A DNA stretch of 64,000 nucleotides from a virus. Below are positions 46,601 to 54,997 of the stretch, piece by piece. Every line of letters starts with the position of its first letter. Within the stretch, counting starts at the first letter, position 1. The stretch lies in IMG/VR virus record IMGVR_UViG_3300043788_000049, positions 23,272-87,271 of that record; one strand, written 5' to 3'. The notes beneath the pieces are model-generated. The model made no database searches, was not told the DNA's origin, and saw nothing but the letters and a program-made list of their open reading frames with translations. A program made the position numbers and the translations under genes.

Positions 46601-47025
46601 TTTGTTTTGCTGCCGCCGGTCAGGGGTGGGGTCTGTGGGGCAGGACCGGAAATCGGTGGAACCAGCCGCTTAGCCTGGAGAGGTTGCTGATTGCCAATGT
46701 GCCGGGGGAAGTCCGCAGCGGTGGCGGCATCCCAAGTGCTCAGGATCGAATAGAGATTATGCGTGGTGGCGCACGGCGCCCCCGGCCCCGAAATTGGCGG
46801 GGTTAACCGCTTCGCTTGGAGCGGCTGTGCGGCCCCTATGTGCGGCGGAAAGTCCGCGGCGGTTGCGGCGGCCCAGATCGCCATCGTTGCGACGAGCGCG
46901 GCCTGGAGACTACGGAGGGGCGGATTGTTAACCGCCGGCCCCGCCTGTGGCGGGACGAGCTTTTTCTGCTCTAGCGGCTGCTTGTTGCCAACATTAGGCT
47001 GGGGCGGATCGTAATAAATGCCCAC
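43675..47025 (-). CDS. 1116-aa proline-rich repeat protein (virion region)
   Basis: About 16 WxPPDPAPQxGPK units plus other repeat types. Confidence 0.8.
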   Translation of the reverse strand: MGIYYDPPQPNVGNKQPLEQKKLVPPQAGPAVNNPPLRSLQAALVATMAIWAAATAADFPPHIGAAQPLQAKRLTPPISGPGAPCATTHNLYSILSTWDAATAADFPRHIGNQQPLQAKRLVPPISGPAPQTPPLTGGSKTNLTTILAAWTPVDQPAQTQRFSIIAPVAQPPPPGQQSWPAYAWFAQAPTYVLLGPLGIPIAAPTNPPLVGLGRLPAILGVWDAAAAANFNLSLDEQPYAPNLLIPPSGPTPQNPPVIGGEPEHLTATQVAWLPPDPAPQWGPKLTPSGPAAQNPPLIDRWAGQFQATLNDWLPPDPAPQWGPKVTPSGPTPQAPPVIGGLPALPSILATWTPPDPAPQYGPKLTSSAPTPPPLVGGARALPALLAAWMPPDPAPQWGPKFTPSGPTPQAPPLAGRGTLASVLSTWTPSDPAPQFGPKIVPQPTAAAYLSPSNPWLQTVLATWAAPDPLPQGGPKLTASGPAASQVIPPGEQQWPAYAWFAQAPAYVVLGPNLTASAPPAPQLSANSWLPIVLASWTPADPAPQWGPKLTPSGPAPQRPPIIGANQQSVYSWFAQPALGIDLYGPSAPNPQSPPVIGGSLAALQTILAAWIPPDPLPQLGTRQFTPSAPPKLSVSNVGQFAAIIASWAPPDPAPQFGPKLTASGPATSQVIPPGEQQWPAFAWFAQDPAYVLLGPSGLPVSAPPTPVLAANPWLPGVLTTWGSPDPAPQSGPKLTSSGPAAQNPPLIGARIPIAVLNSWLPADPLPQLGTKVFTPSAPQPTPVGSRVPDAILNAWLPPDPLPQFGPKLVPQANPPLIGGSAQFQAVLTTWLPPEPAPQLGTRVFTPSGISNPPLIGGSGQLPAILAAWIPPDPAPQWGVKWFTPSAPPLQPVSGAGQLAAFLTAWLPPDPAPIVGPKFTPSGPTPQNPPLIGGRLSLPTVLATWTPPDPMFEIATLGIPQSAPPPPPPAPPTPPIVLPPVVPPIVLEIPPSGGGGPKYPLKPGEGGPEFFRHAHGGFDFEDFPSSVIEAREIAPRGTVHSPGVKVVYKARVIAITAIDRSSEVGVHSIKMRYRLAFDAIPPTVQGKGPMVRNHTQDIMDILDRIMPLIKSRFGDNG

Positions 47026-47057
47026 AGCCGTTTGTCTCCAAGGCTACGAAGCGAACC

Positions 47058-47948
47058 TTATCTCCTAATGACGACAAAGTCCGGGTTCTGGGCTCTTATA
47101 TCAAATGGAGGCATGCGCTGAGGGTAAGGAGGCGGGTTCACGGGGCCAACGGCTGCGGCCGCGCCAACCAATGTCGCGAATATTTCATCTTCAGGCCAGA
47201 TCAGAAAGCCGTAGGGATCAGCATCTAAGTTAGCTTGATCGGTATCCGACAAATTGCGAGTATAGAAATAAGCACAATAAACATCCGCGTTCAGGATCGC
47301 ATTATCACCGCCGGCTGGCTCGCAGGCCAAGCATATCTGAGAGGTAGCCGCAGGCGTTGTCTTGGTGCCGTTTGTGAAACCGCATAGGTACGACACTCCG
47401 TTAACGTAACCGAATTGTGTGTCTTGCGTCATATTAAAGGAACCGCCACAACTGTTGGTTTTTCCAGTTGTCCAACTCGCCGTCGCGAATTGTGAATAGG
47501 TGCTGCCCCCATTATATTGTAGAACAATACCATTACCCGTGGTTCCCGTCGTATTTGCGCGAAAACCCATGAATATATATGGCGGGCTCCACGAATTGTG
47601 GTCGCTGATCGCAATGATTGGAGCAGCTGCGCTTGTATTGGAATTCGCCGAGACAAACCCACGCCAGTAAAACGAAAAATAATTCCCGGCATAAAATGTT
47701 GGTGGAGTCGTCCCAATCAACCCAGCGGTAGCCGTGGTTACAGCGGCCACGCCTTCCTGATCCACAGCGGTCCCTGTGCCGCTTTGGAAGGTCAGCGCGC
47801 CGCCCATGCCCGTCAGATTTACTCCTCCGACAATCCCCGGAAGATAACAACCGACTAGTCCTTGCGCTAACGGGTGTGACCAATCAATTCGGGGAATGCC
47901 CGGACTCAGCCATCTAGGTTTTGGTCGGACTAGGATAGGAAGCTGCAT
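47058..47948 (-). CDS. LamG/ConA-like virion protein
   Basis: IDWSHPLAQGLVG, beta-rich, YVNGV, RNLS..L..DPY. Confidence 0.6.
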   Translation of the reverse strand: MQLPILVRPKPRWLSPGIPRIDWSHPLAQGLVGCYLPGIVGGVNLTGMGGALTFQSGTGTAVDQEGVAAVTTATAGLIGTTPPTFYAGNYFSFYWRGFVSANSNTSAAAPIIAISDHNSWSPPYIFMGFRANTTGTTGNGIVLQYNGGSTYSQFATASWTTGKTNSCGGSFNMTQDTQFGYVNGVSYLCGFTNGTKTTPAATSQICLACEPAGGDNAILNADVYCAYFYTRNLSDTDQANLDADPYGFLIWPEDEIFATLVGAAAAVGPVNPPPYPQRMPPFDIRAQNPDFVVIRR

Positions 47949-47960
47949 CGCAGCCCCCGG

Positions 47961-48443
47961 TCAATATTGGATCGCGACGGGCGCCGCTTTGATGACATTT
48001 CCCGTCGCCGGCAGTGTAGCCCCGGCGTGGCTATTGATGAAAACCTTGTTGCTCCAGAAGGGCACGCGGACAAGCCCGGATGCCTGAGAAACACTGTTTG
48101 TTGCGTAAGCCGACACAAACAAAGGAATGATGAAATCAGGGGCGCGCGGCAGGTCAGTGTTCGAGACAGTCGCCTCGAACGTAGTGCCCCCATCCGGGGA
48201 AAACAGAAACCACCCGGCAAGATAATTTGGGGCGGCGGGAGTGAATGCCCCGCCCGATTGAAAATAGACCTCGGCCCATATGGCGTTAGCGTAGTTCGTT
48301 TGGGTGAAGACGCCACCCGCGCCGCCGACGCTGGATGCTGTGCTGGTAGCCGTCGCAAGGGCGTTCAGTTCCGTTGACAGGAGATTAAACGGCGTCGCGA
48401 GAAAGCCATTAGTGCCAGCGCTCTCTAAGAAGTTAGTGGGCAT
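47961..48443 (-). CDS. Virion structural protein
   Basis: ELNALA, SPDGGTTFE, N..G.TL...GN. Confidence 0.6.
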   Translation of the reverse strand: MPTNFLESAGTNGFLATPFNLLSTELNALATATSTASSVGGAGGVFTQTNYANAIWAEVYFQSGGAFTPAAPNYLAGWFLFSPDGGTTFEATVSNTDLPRAPDFIIPLFVSAYATNSVSQASGLVRVPFWSNKVFINSHAGATLPATGNVIKAAPVAIQY

Positions 48444-48895
48444 CAGGTAAGCCCTCCGGCTGCGGTCAGGTCATTCTGATTGAAGGGACCCCCATACCCA
48501 TTCGCTTGCCACCAGGGTTGCACCGTTCCTTGGGCGAGCGCCGTCAGATTGGTGATGGTCGCCCCTGCGTGATTGGAAAAATACGACAGGAGCATCCCAT
48601 CCACGATGTTCGCGGTGTTGGCGCTGCCGCCGAGAAGAGGCCCCGATATGGAGCAAAGAGCCAGGAGGTTGGTTTGTTGGGCCGGCAGGAGCGCTGCGAA
48701 TTCTGTCCAATTGAAACAGTTGGCGATTTGGGCGCCGGTCGCATAAAGGGTCGTAGGCACAACCCCCGTCACGGTCCAAGCATTGATGTTGGCGAGCTTT
48801 ACGGCGGTCGTCTGCCCGGTGAGCGCGGAGCCGGTCACGCCGCCGGGGACCGTGCCGGTGTTCCAGGCGTTGATGAGGGCGGTATAGTAGGCCAT
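48443..48895 (-). CDS. Virion-region hypothetical protein
   Basis: Coupled ORF with GAGG RBS. Confidence 0.6.
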   Translation of the reverse strand: MAYYTALINAWNTGTVPGGVTGSALTGQTTAVKLANINAWTVTGVVPTTLYATGAQIANCFNWTEFAALLPAQQTNLLALCSISGPLLGGSANTANIVDGMLLSYFSNHAGATITNLTALAQGTVQPWWQANGYGGPFNQNDLTAAGGLT

Positions 48896-48904
48896 TCGAT
48901 CCTC

Positions 48905-51094
48905 TCAGAACTGCGTCACGGAATAGGAAGCTTGCAGGATTGAGTTTGGCGTGTAAACCGTCGTCTTGGTCCCAGCCAGCAGGCTGAAGCTGGTGTCGCT
49001 CGTCGTCTCACAGACCGTGATATAGCCGAGGGCAGGATAGACGCCGGTTACTACATATGGAACCGAACCGCCGCCGTTATTGAGGTTTATGGAAAGACCC
49101 GCGAACATATAGGTGATGCTCAAGACGTCCAGATAGACGACATCAGTCTGCCCCTTGTAGGATACCGTCAGACCACTGACATTGCTGGTGGTGAGATTGG
49201 TTCCATAGCTTGCAAACGTGTGAGCCCATCTCGCGAAGTGTGTCGCGGGAGCGCCGGTGTTCCAATCCGTAACCTGATAATCGACATTGCCGAAGACGGT
49301 ATTGTAAGAGCCAAGAGCGCCAAGCGACCCTAGTGCGGTGACTTCAGTCGGCGTCAGGCGCGGCGCCTTATCAAATGCCGGCTGCGAACCCCAGAATTCC
49401 GTATTGTCATTCGACCATGGCTTGTTGAAAGGCGTCGAGGTATGGGCCAGAAAAGGCGTCCTATCCCATTCGCCCCCACCCGTCGCTAGGCAATCGTTAA
49501 ATTGTGGCGCGGCTCCATTGGAGCAAGTTATGACCGTGAACCCCTGGATGGAGCGACCGTTGCGTACATTCGGAGCGTAGATAGTGTTCCCGTTATCTCT
49601 GAAAATAAGTCTTGCCGTTGTATTTGGTTGGATGTCGATGATAATCGGTTCGCTTTGGTAGTTTTGCCCAAAGGTATTTGCATCAAACGTAATATCCCCG
49701 GCACTTGCTTCTTGCACTATAAAAGGAAAGGATTGAGCGCAGTAGAATAAAGCTAAGTTAGGTCCCGTAGGACTGTTCGACGGTTTATAAGTGGTCATCC
49801 CCGGGTCATAGTTAAAGTACGACCGTTGAATTAGGGATTTCGCATCTCCAGTGAATCCAGAGAAACTATCCACAAATGTCGTACAGCCACCTGGATTCTC
49901 TATATGAACACCGAGGGTATTGAATGCCGTTCCGTAGAATACTGTTACGCGTTCCGCTCCATATACTGTTGTTACCGCTTGAATCTCATTTTGGAAATCT
50001 GTTGCGGTCGCTACGTTCGCATTGTTGTAGTTACCGACAATCCAATTCTGCAAAACCTGAAACGTCCCGACGCCGGTGCTCGTGTTGAACTGCGTCATGG
50101 TCGCCGGAACGACGCCAAAGTGGGCCGTGTTGAACATCCACGAATTATAGACGCAAGCGCTGACCAAATTTGACCCGATCGTTGGACAACCGGTTATCGT
50201 CGAATCTGGCGACGCAACAACGGCGGTGAACGTCAATGTGAATGTGTTTCCGACCGGAGTCGCCGTGACTGATGAAACACTTGATATAGAAAAAGAGTTT
50301 GATTTGCCCGACACGGCTGATGGGTTGCCGCCAAGGACCGTTACCGCTCTACCCATGCTCGAATTGTAGGCGATCGTTGCGCCTATGCTATCCTCAACCG
50401 CGTCGTTTATGTCGTTCTGGGCTTGTGAGAAATAGAGGCCATTATAGCAATTGGTGAAAACCGACTTTCGGATCGTGTTGCTGTCCGCTAGGTTCGAATT
50501 GCCATTCGCCCCTGTTTCGAAGCATGAGTAGAAATTTTCGACCCAGACATTTTCGATAAGCGTTCGAGAGGTTCCGCCGGAGCCCCCCGCAACACCGATC
50601 CCGACTCCGTTCGCGTTAAGTTGCCCTCTATAGCCGTTGTTCGGCCCTTGAATGAGCACGTCAGTGACGCCCATTCCCTGGCCTGTGCCAACCCATAAGG
50701 CGACACCATTATTGAAGTTGGGGCATATGCGAGTGCCCCAGCCCTCGTGATTTGCCCCTCCGCTTGGCTCGCCCGCAAGCGTCATAGAGAAGGCGAATAT
50801 TGTCGGATTGGATAAGCTTGAGCGGAGGTTGCCCGGAGCATCGAGGAAGAGTGACGAGGTGGTTTTGTAGCAGTTGCCGGTAGGAGGGAGATAGACTCTC
50901 TGAATCCCCGCCGCGTATGCCGCGTCTATCGTTGCCTGAATGGCAGCCGTGTCGTCGGTTGACCCGTTGCCTACCGCGCCGAAATCCTTGGCGTTGACGC
51001 TACCCCAATAGTTTTGGAAGGTCGTATTTGCGTAAACCCCACTGTAGACGAAACAGACGAGGCCAATCAGAAAGACTTTCAGGGCCTTCGTCAT
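48905..51094 (-). CDS. Tailspike/depolymerase-like beta-helix protein (pectate lyase 3-like)
   Basis: VNAKDFGAVGNGSTDDTAAIQA; Asn/Gly/Thr-rich, lower GC. Confidence 0.8.
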   Translation of the reverse strand: MTKALKVFLIGLVCFVYSGVYANTTFQNYWGSVNAKDFGAVGNGSTDDTAAIQATIDAAYAAGIQRVYLPPTGNCYKTTSSLFLDAPGNLRSSLSNPTIFAFSMTLAGEPSGGANHEGWGTRICPNFNNGVALWVGTGQGMGVTDVLIQGPNNGYRGQLNANGVGIGVAGGSGGTSRTLIENVWVENFYSCFETGANGNSNLADSNTIRKSVFTNCYNGLYFSQAQNDINDAVEDSIGATIAYNSSMGRAVTVLGGNPSAVSGKSNSFSISSVSSVTATPVGNTFTLTFTAVVASPDSTITGCPTIGSNLVSACVYNSWMFNTAHFGVVPATMTQFNTSTGVGTFQVLQNWIVGNYNNANVATATDFQNEIQAVTTVYGAERVTVFYGTAFNTLGVHIENPGGCTTFVDSFSGFTGDAKSLIQRSYFNYDPGMTTYKPSNSPTGPNLALFYCAQSFPFIVQEASAGDITFDANTFGQNYQSEPIIIDIQPNTTARLIFRDNGNTIYAPNVRNGRSIQGFTVITCSNGAAPQFNDCLATGGGEWDRTPFLAHTSTPFNKPWSNDNTEFWGSQPAFDKAPRLTPTEVTALGSLGALGSYNTVFGNVDYQVTDWNTGAPATHFARWAHTFASYGTNLTTSNVSGLTVSYKGQTDVVYLDVLSITYMFAGLSINLNNGGGSVPYVVTGVYPALGYITVCETTSDTSFSLLAGTKTTVYTPNSILQASYSVTQF

Positions 51095-51247
51095 GATAGT
51101 GGCCTCTCGTCAGGGGCGACCCCCCTCCCGTCGTCAATGGATCGCCTGCGCCCGTCGTCAGAAAATCTGTTGGGATAGCGGATGCCGGGAATGGCCTATT
51201 CCTCATGACCAGAAAGAATGCCGACGTGGAGAGCATCGTCAGGCCGC

Positions 51248-51745
51248 TTAGACGCCTTCGGCGTAGTTGATGCCGGCACCCCAATTGGTCAATGAAGCGG
51301 CGGCGGCGGGCAGATATAGCGCGAAGCCCGAGGTCGAGCCGGGAGGCATATCGATCTGCTCACGCGGGGTCGCGACCCAGAGATAGCCGTTCAGCACGTT
51401 GAAGTTGTCGCCAAACATGACGACCCTCGCGCCGGCGCCCTCAGTGGAGGCATTGATGCCCGTCGTTCCCGCTGCTCCGGTGGTTCCACCGGCCAGGATC
51501 GAGGCGGTCGCGTCGCCGAATTTCAGATGCTTCGGCGTTACCGTCACTAATGACGGAAAGACTGAGACCTGCGTCACAGCCTGGATACGCTGCTGCGCCG
51601 AGGTCGCCGAACCCTGCTGCGATGCCCACATGCGCATGATCAAAAGATCAATGTTCGGCGCGGCAGGCGGGTTCATGAAAATGAGCGTTACGGGATTGTT
51701 GGTGATGGAGAGGCCATCAAACCCTACGGAAAACTCGCGCGCCAT
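51248..51745 (-). CDS. Virion structural protein
   Basis: Beta-rich, FNVLNGYLW..P.E.I motif; AAGGTGG RBS. Confidence 0.6.
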   Translation of the reverse strand: MAREFSVGFDGLSITNNPVTLIFMNPPAAPNIDLLIMRMWASQQGSATSAQQRIQAVTQVSVFPSLVTVTPKHLKFGDATASILAGGTTGAAGTTGINASTEGAGARVVMFGDNFNVLNGYLWVATPREQIDMPPGSTSGFALYLPAAAASLTNWGAGINYAEGV

Positions 51746-51788
51746 GGGTCCACCTTATAGGTTTGAGGACTGTCCTCAGAGGGGCATT

Positions 51789-52892
51789 CTACTCGGACTC
51801 TCGGTAAGCCGCCACGATATTCTCAAAGCGGTCCTTTTTCCAGATGATTCTCTGGTTGGGGCCTGACCACGGATATTGCCCGACCCCCATTTCTATTCCC
51901 ACATATCGATCCCAAAACTCGGGCGTATTTGCGTAATAGGTGCTGCCCTGATCCTCGACCGGGATAAACATCATCCAGGGAGCCTTGCTGTGAACGGCCA
52001 GGGTCGCCGGGCCATTGGAGACGAAGCAGTTGAGCTTGGCGTTTTCATAGAGCGCCATGCGGAAATCGAGATCGCGTGAGGCTTGCGGTGACGTGGTGAA
52101 ATCGCCGAAGGGCTCGTCCGCCTTGGCCGTGTCCCGAACGATGACGACATGCTCTCCGTGCCGATCGAGATATTCGGCAAACAGCCCCCAGGCAACCAGA
52201 TCGCTATTGCGTTGCGGCCACTTGCCGCTCTCGCGGAGAGTGATCGTCACCGATCCGGGGTGCTGATTTGATTGAATGACTGATCGAAGGAGCGGGACCT
52301 TCTCGCCCTCCTCCGCCGCCTCGACGATCACTCTGGGCGTGAAGTGGCGGGTTCCGCGTCCCCGGCATGCGGCGGGGTCCTCGACCGCGCCGATCATCGG
52401 CAAGGCTGGCCGGAAGACGTTGTTGAGCCACATGGATAGAGTGTCGGTCGGCGTCCTGTGCTTACCGAACTCAGTCCAAAAGCCGACCTTGAGCGGCGCA
52501 GGAGCGCCCAGCCGGACGCGCCTCATTTCCATGGCGATCAGCCAAACGATGAAATCGTAACCATTCGGGTCGGTCGCCATGTTGTAGCAGACGTAGCTGG
52601 CGTCGAGACTTTGGTCTTGCTCCGGCGATTGCCATGCGGCGATCGACTGATCCAATTCCCCGTCGAGGTTCTTAATCGCTTTCTTTAGCTCGTGCTCCAT
52701 CAGCGCTTCGCCGGCAAACCCTCTGCTTTGGACATTGGTTGGATAGCCGTCTTCGTCTCGACCGCAGCCGATGAGGCATATGGCGATCCCGCTGACCGGG
52801 GTCAGTTGCACAAGCTTATGATATGTCTCGATAAGCTGAAGGACCTCTGGGGAGCTTTGGTCCCTGGTTGGAATGATGCGAGTGACAGACAT
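51789..52892 (-). CDS. Glycosyltransferase-like (GT-B/GT9-like) protein
   Basis: VTITLRES..P.RNS...W; RMALYE.A.LN.FVSNGP..LA resembles the GT9 nucleotide-sugar-binding half. Confidence 0.5.
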   Translation of the reverse strand: MSVTRIIPTRDQSSPEVLQLIETYHKLVQLTPVSGIAICLIGCGRDEDGYPTNVQSRGFAGEALMEHELKKAIKNLDGELDQSIAAWQSPEQDQSLDASYVCYNMATDPNGYDFIVWLIAMEMRRVRLGAPAPLKVGFWTEFGKHRTPTDTLSMWLNNVFRPALPMIGAVEDPAACRGRGTRHFTPRVIVEAAEEGEKVPLLRSVIQSNQHPGSVTITLRESGKWPQRNSDLVAWGLFAEYLDRHGEHVVIVRDTAKADEPFGDFTTSPQASRDLDFRMALYENAKLNCFVSNGPATLAVHSKAPWMMFIPVEDQGSTYYANTPEFWDRYVGIEMGVGQYPWSGPNQRIIWKKDRFENIVAAYRESE

Positions 52893-53206
52893 CAGATGAA
52901 GGCCCTCCGACTACGGCTGAATGTCTTCCAGCCATAATGGCCGAAGATCCTCACTCGCCCGCGCACATATTCTATCCGCTTGGCGACTTCCTTCATGTCG
53001 ACATCGTTGCGCATGACGGGAAATTCGAACTCGCCATTGTGGGTCTCATACTGGCCCGCGCCGAATGTCCACATCGCGCCGTCGCTGTCGGTGATGAGAA
53101 AGGCCGGCGGAACCGTAACGTAGTTCTCTGATTTGTTCTCGCGCTCGTAGCGCACGCCATTGATCACGCCCGCGAGGATGCCTTTGTCGAAGAGAAGTTC
53201 AGCCAT
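52892..53206 (-). CDS. Hypothetical protein
   Basis: AAGGAG RBS. Confidence 0.6.
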   Translation of the reverse strand: MAELLFDKGILAGVINGVRYERENKSENYVTVPPAFLITDSDGAMWTFGAGQYETHNGEFEFPVMRNDVDMKEVAKRIEYVRGRVRIFGHYGWKTFSRSRRAFI

Positions 53207-53217
53207 AGCGGCTCCTT

Positions 53218-54120
53218 TCATTGCGCGACGAGCGGGCCGAGTTGCCGCCAGGGGTTAAACGGAAGGAATGGCGTATAGACAACGACGATGAGGCCCGCAG
53301 CGCCGGCATTGCCGGTCCCGCCGCTTGTCGTGCCGCCGCCGCCATAGAGCGTGCCGGGGACGCCGTTTCCGAAGGTCGAGTTGTTGGCGGTGCCCGCACC
53401 ACCATTGCCGCCGCCTGGGCCGTGCGTTCCATCGTAGGTTTGTTTCGTCGCGCCGGCCGCGCCGTTCCCATCGAGTGTTGCTAAGGGGCCGCCGCCACCG
53501 CCGCCACCGCCATTGAGGCCCGCCGTCGCAGCCACAATTGACGTTCCGCCAGCAGCGTTAACGCCACTGCCGCCCGTGCCACCCGTCCCCCCCGACCCGC
53601 CGGTTGTCGATGAACCAGCGGTGACGCCGGTTCCTCCGTCTGCGCCGCCACCGCCGCCGCCAGCTCCAGGAGTGACGCCGCCCGTGCCGCCAGCGACGCC
53701 GCCTACTTCGCCATCCGCATTGGTTCCGCCTGCGCCGCCGCTGCCATCGCCGCCCGAGGTCGTTCCGCCTGCCCCGCCGCCTGCGCCGCCGGAATGTTTA
53801 TTCGTCCCGGTTCCGCTCGCCGCCGCGCCACCCGCGCCGCCATTGAGACCGGAGGAGACGCCTGCCCCGCCTTTCGCGACGACGGCCGATCCGTTCCATG
53901 TAGTGTCGCCACCGGGACTTGTGCCCGCTGCAACGCCGGCTGCGCCGACGACATAGTTAATCGTGCCGGGGGTAATCGTCTCATTCGGCGTCTGCGACCA
54001 AGCGCCGGCGCCGCCGCCCGTTCCGGCCTGATCGCCACCACCGGCGCCAATGCAATCGGGCGTGACCGGAGAGACCGGGAATGGCGAGGAAGTGCCCGAT
54101 GTGATGATGACCTGCGTCAT
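53218..54120 (-). CDS. Glycine-rich tail protein
   Basis: IGAGGG..GGGAGA; GGGGGGG; G.AGLIVV.Y glycine-rich domain. Confidence 0.7.
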   Translation of the reverse strand: MTQVIITSGTSSPFPVSPVTPDCIGAGGGDQAGTGGGAGAWSQTPNETITPGTINYVVGAAGVAAGTSPGGDTTWNGSAVVAKGGAGVSSGLNGGAGGAAASGTGTNKHSGGAGGGAGGTTSGGDGSGGAGGTNADGEVGGVAGGTGGVTPGAGGGGGGADGGTGVTAGSSTTGGSGGTGGTGGSGVNAAGGTSIVAATAGLNGGGGGGGGPLATLDGNGAAGATKQTYDGTHGPGGGNGGAGTANNSTFGNGVPGTLYGGGGTTSGGTGNAGAAGLIVVVYTPFLPFNPWRQLGPLVAQ

Positions 54121-54590
54121 CCGACCAACCAATGCCAACTACGCCCCAACCAGCCTTCCTTATGCGGAGGGGTCAGAACGCCCTTGACGAGCCTCCAATC
54201 GAAGCCGGCCTCGGGATGCTGAACGAGAACGTGACCTGGGCCTATGTGCTCGCCGCTATCGCCGCAGGTCGGATCGGCGTGGATGAAATTCACCACATGG
54301 CCGTCAGGGTGAACAACCGCATGGCGGCTTGCCATTGGGTCGGGCGCTTTGGCGAACCCTGCGTGCTGGGCGACATGATCGTTGAGCGCATGGGCGTGCG
54401 GGAACCCGTCGTAGGTCGCGTGGTCGAGGTAGACCATCCCCTCGCCGGGATGGAGCCGTTCTTCGTGCCACGCATATTCGCCATCGTCATCTGCATCGAT
54501 CACGCGGCGGCGCTCGCCGGTCGCTTTCGAATAGACGACGAGGTTCTTGGTTGCGGTAGGGCGAAGATGGCGGGTGAGATGGCGGGTCAT
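54117..54590 (-). CDS. Tail-associated hypothetical protein
   Basis: HAVV..DGHVVN.I.AD motif. Confidence 0.55.
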   Translation of the reverse strand: MTRHLTRHLRPTATKNLVVYSKATGERRRVIDADDDGEYAWHEERLHPGEGMVYLDHATYDGFPHAHALNDHVAQHAGFAKAPDPMASRHAVVHPDGHVVNFIHADPTCGDSGEHIGPGHVLVQHPEAGFDWRLVKGVLTPPHKEGWLGRSWHWLVG

Positions 54591-54997
54591 AGCCTGAAGA
54601 TCGTCTTACCTGATTCCCAGCCGATATGAACGTCACCCGCCTGTGGCGAAAAGGGAAATTTGCCGCTACCGAGGGTGTCAATATGGGCGATCAGCCGGCT
54701 CGTGGCTCGGGAGCCGGTATCCTGGTAGACGACGATGAAATCGACGGAGGCCGCATCGACCGCCTCGATGACGACGCTATTGGCGCAGGCGACGCCGTTC
54801 TCCCCCGTCTTGCCCGTCAACACGACGCTCTTGGACACCACCGCCGCGCCGAGGTCGGCCAGAAAGCGATCCTTCTGGATATTGGCCTTGCGCTGCTTGC
54901 CATCGCAGAGGACCGCGCAGATTTTGTCCTCCAGCCACTTAATCTGGCCGCAGAGGAAGGCTTCACGCCCTTTCTCAAAGAGACTGTTCGCCATCAT
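54587..54997 (-). CDS. Minor tail protein-like
   Basis: ANSLFEKGREAFL.G.I.W..D; LTGKT..GV..A; LIA.ID; P.GDV.I.W. Confidence 0.65.
   Translation of the reverse strand: MMANSLFEKGREAFLCGQIKWLEDKICAVLCDGKQRKANIQKDRFLADLGAAVVSKSVVLTGKTGENGVACANSVVIEAVDAASVDFIVVYQDTGSRATSRLIAHIDTLGSGKFPFSPQAGDVHIGWESGKTIFRL

Noticed and set aside
43900-46900. Repeated DNA resembling a CRISPR array or VNTR
   Set aside because: The repeats are degenerate at third codon positions and in frame within one ORF; they are protein repeats
53218-54120. GCC-rich low-complexity DNA as a repeat element
   Set aside because: Explained by the glycine-rich tail protein
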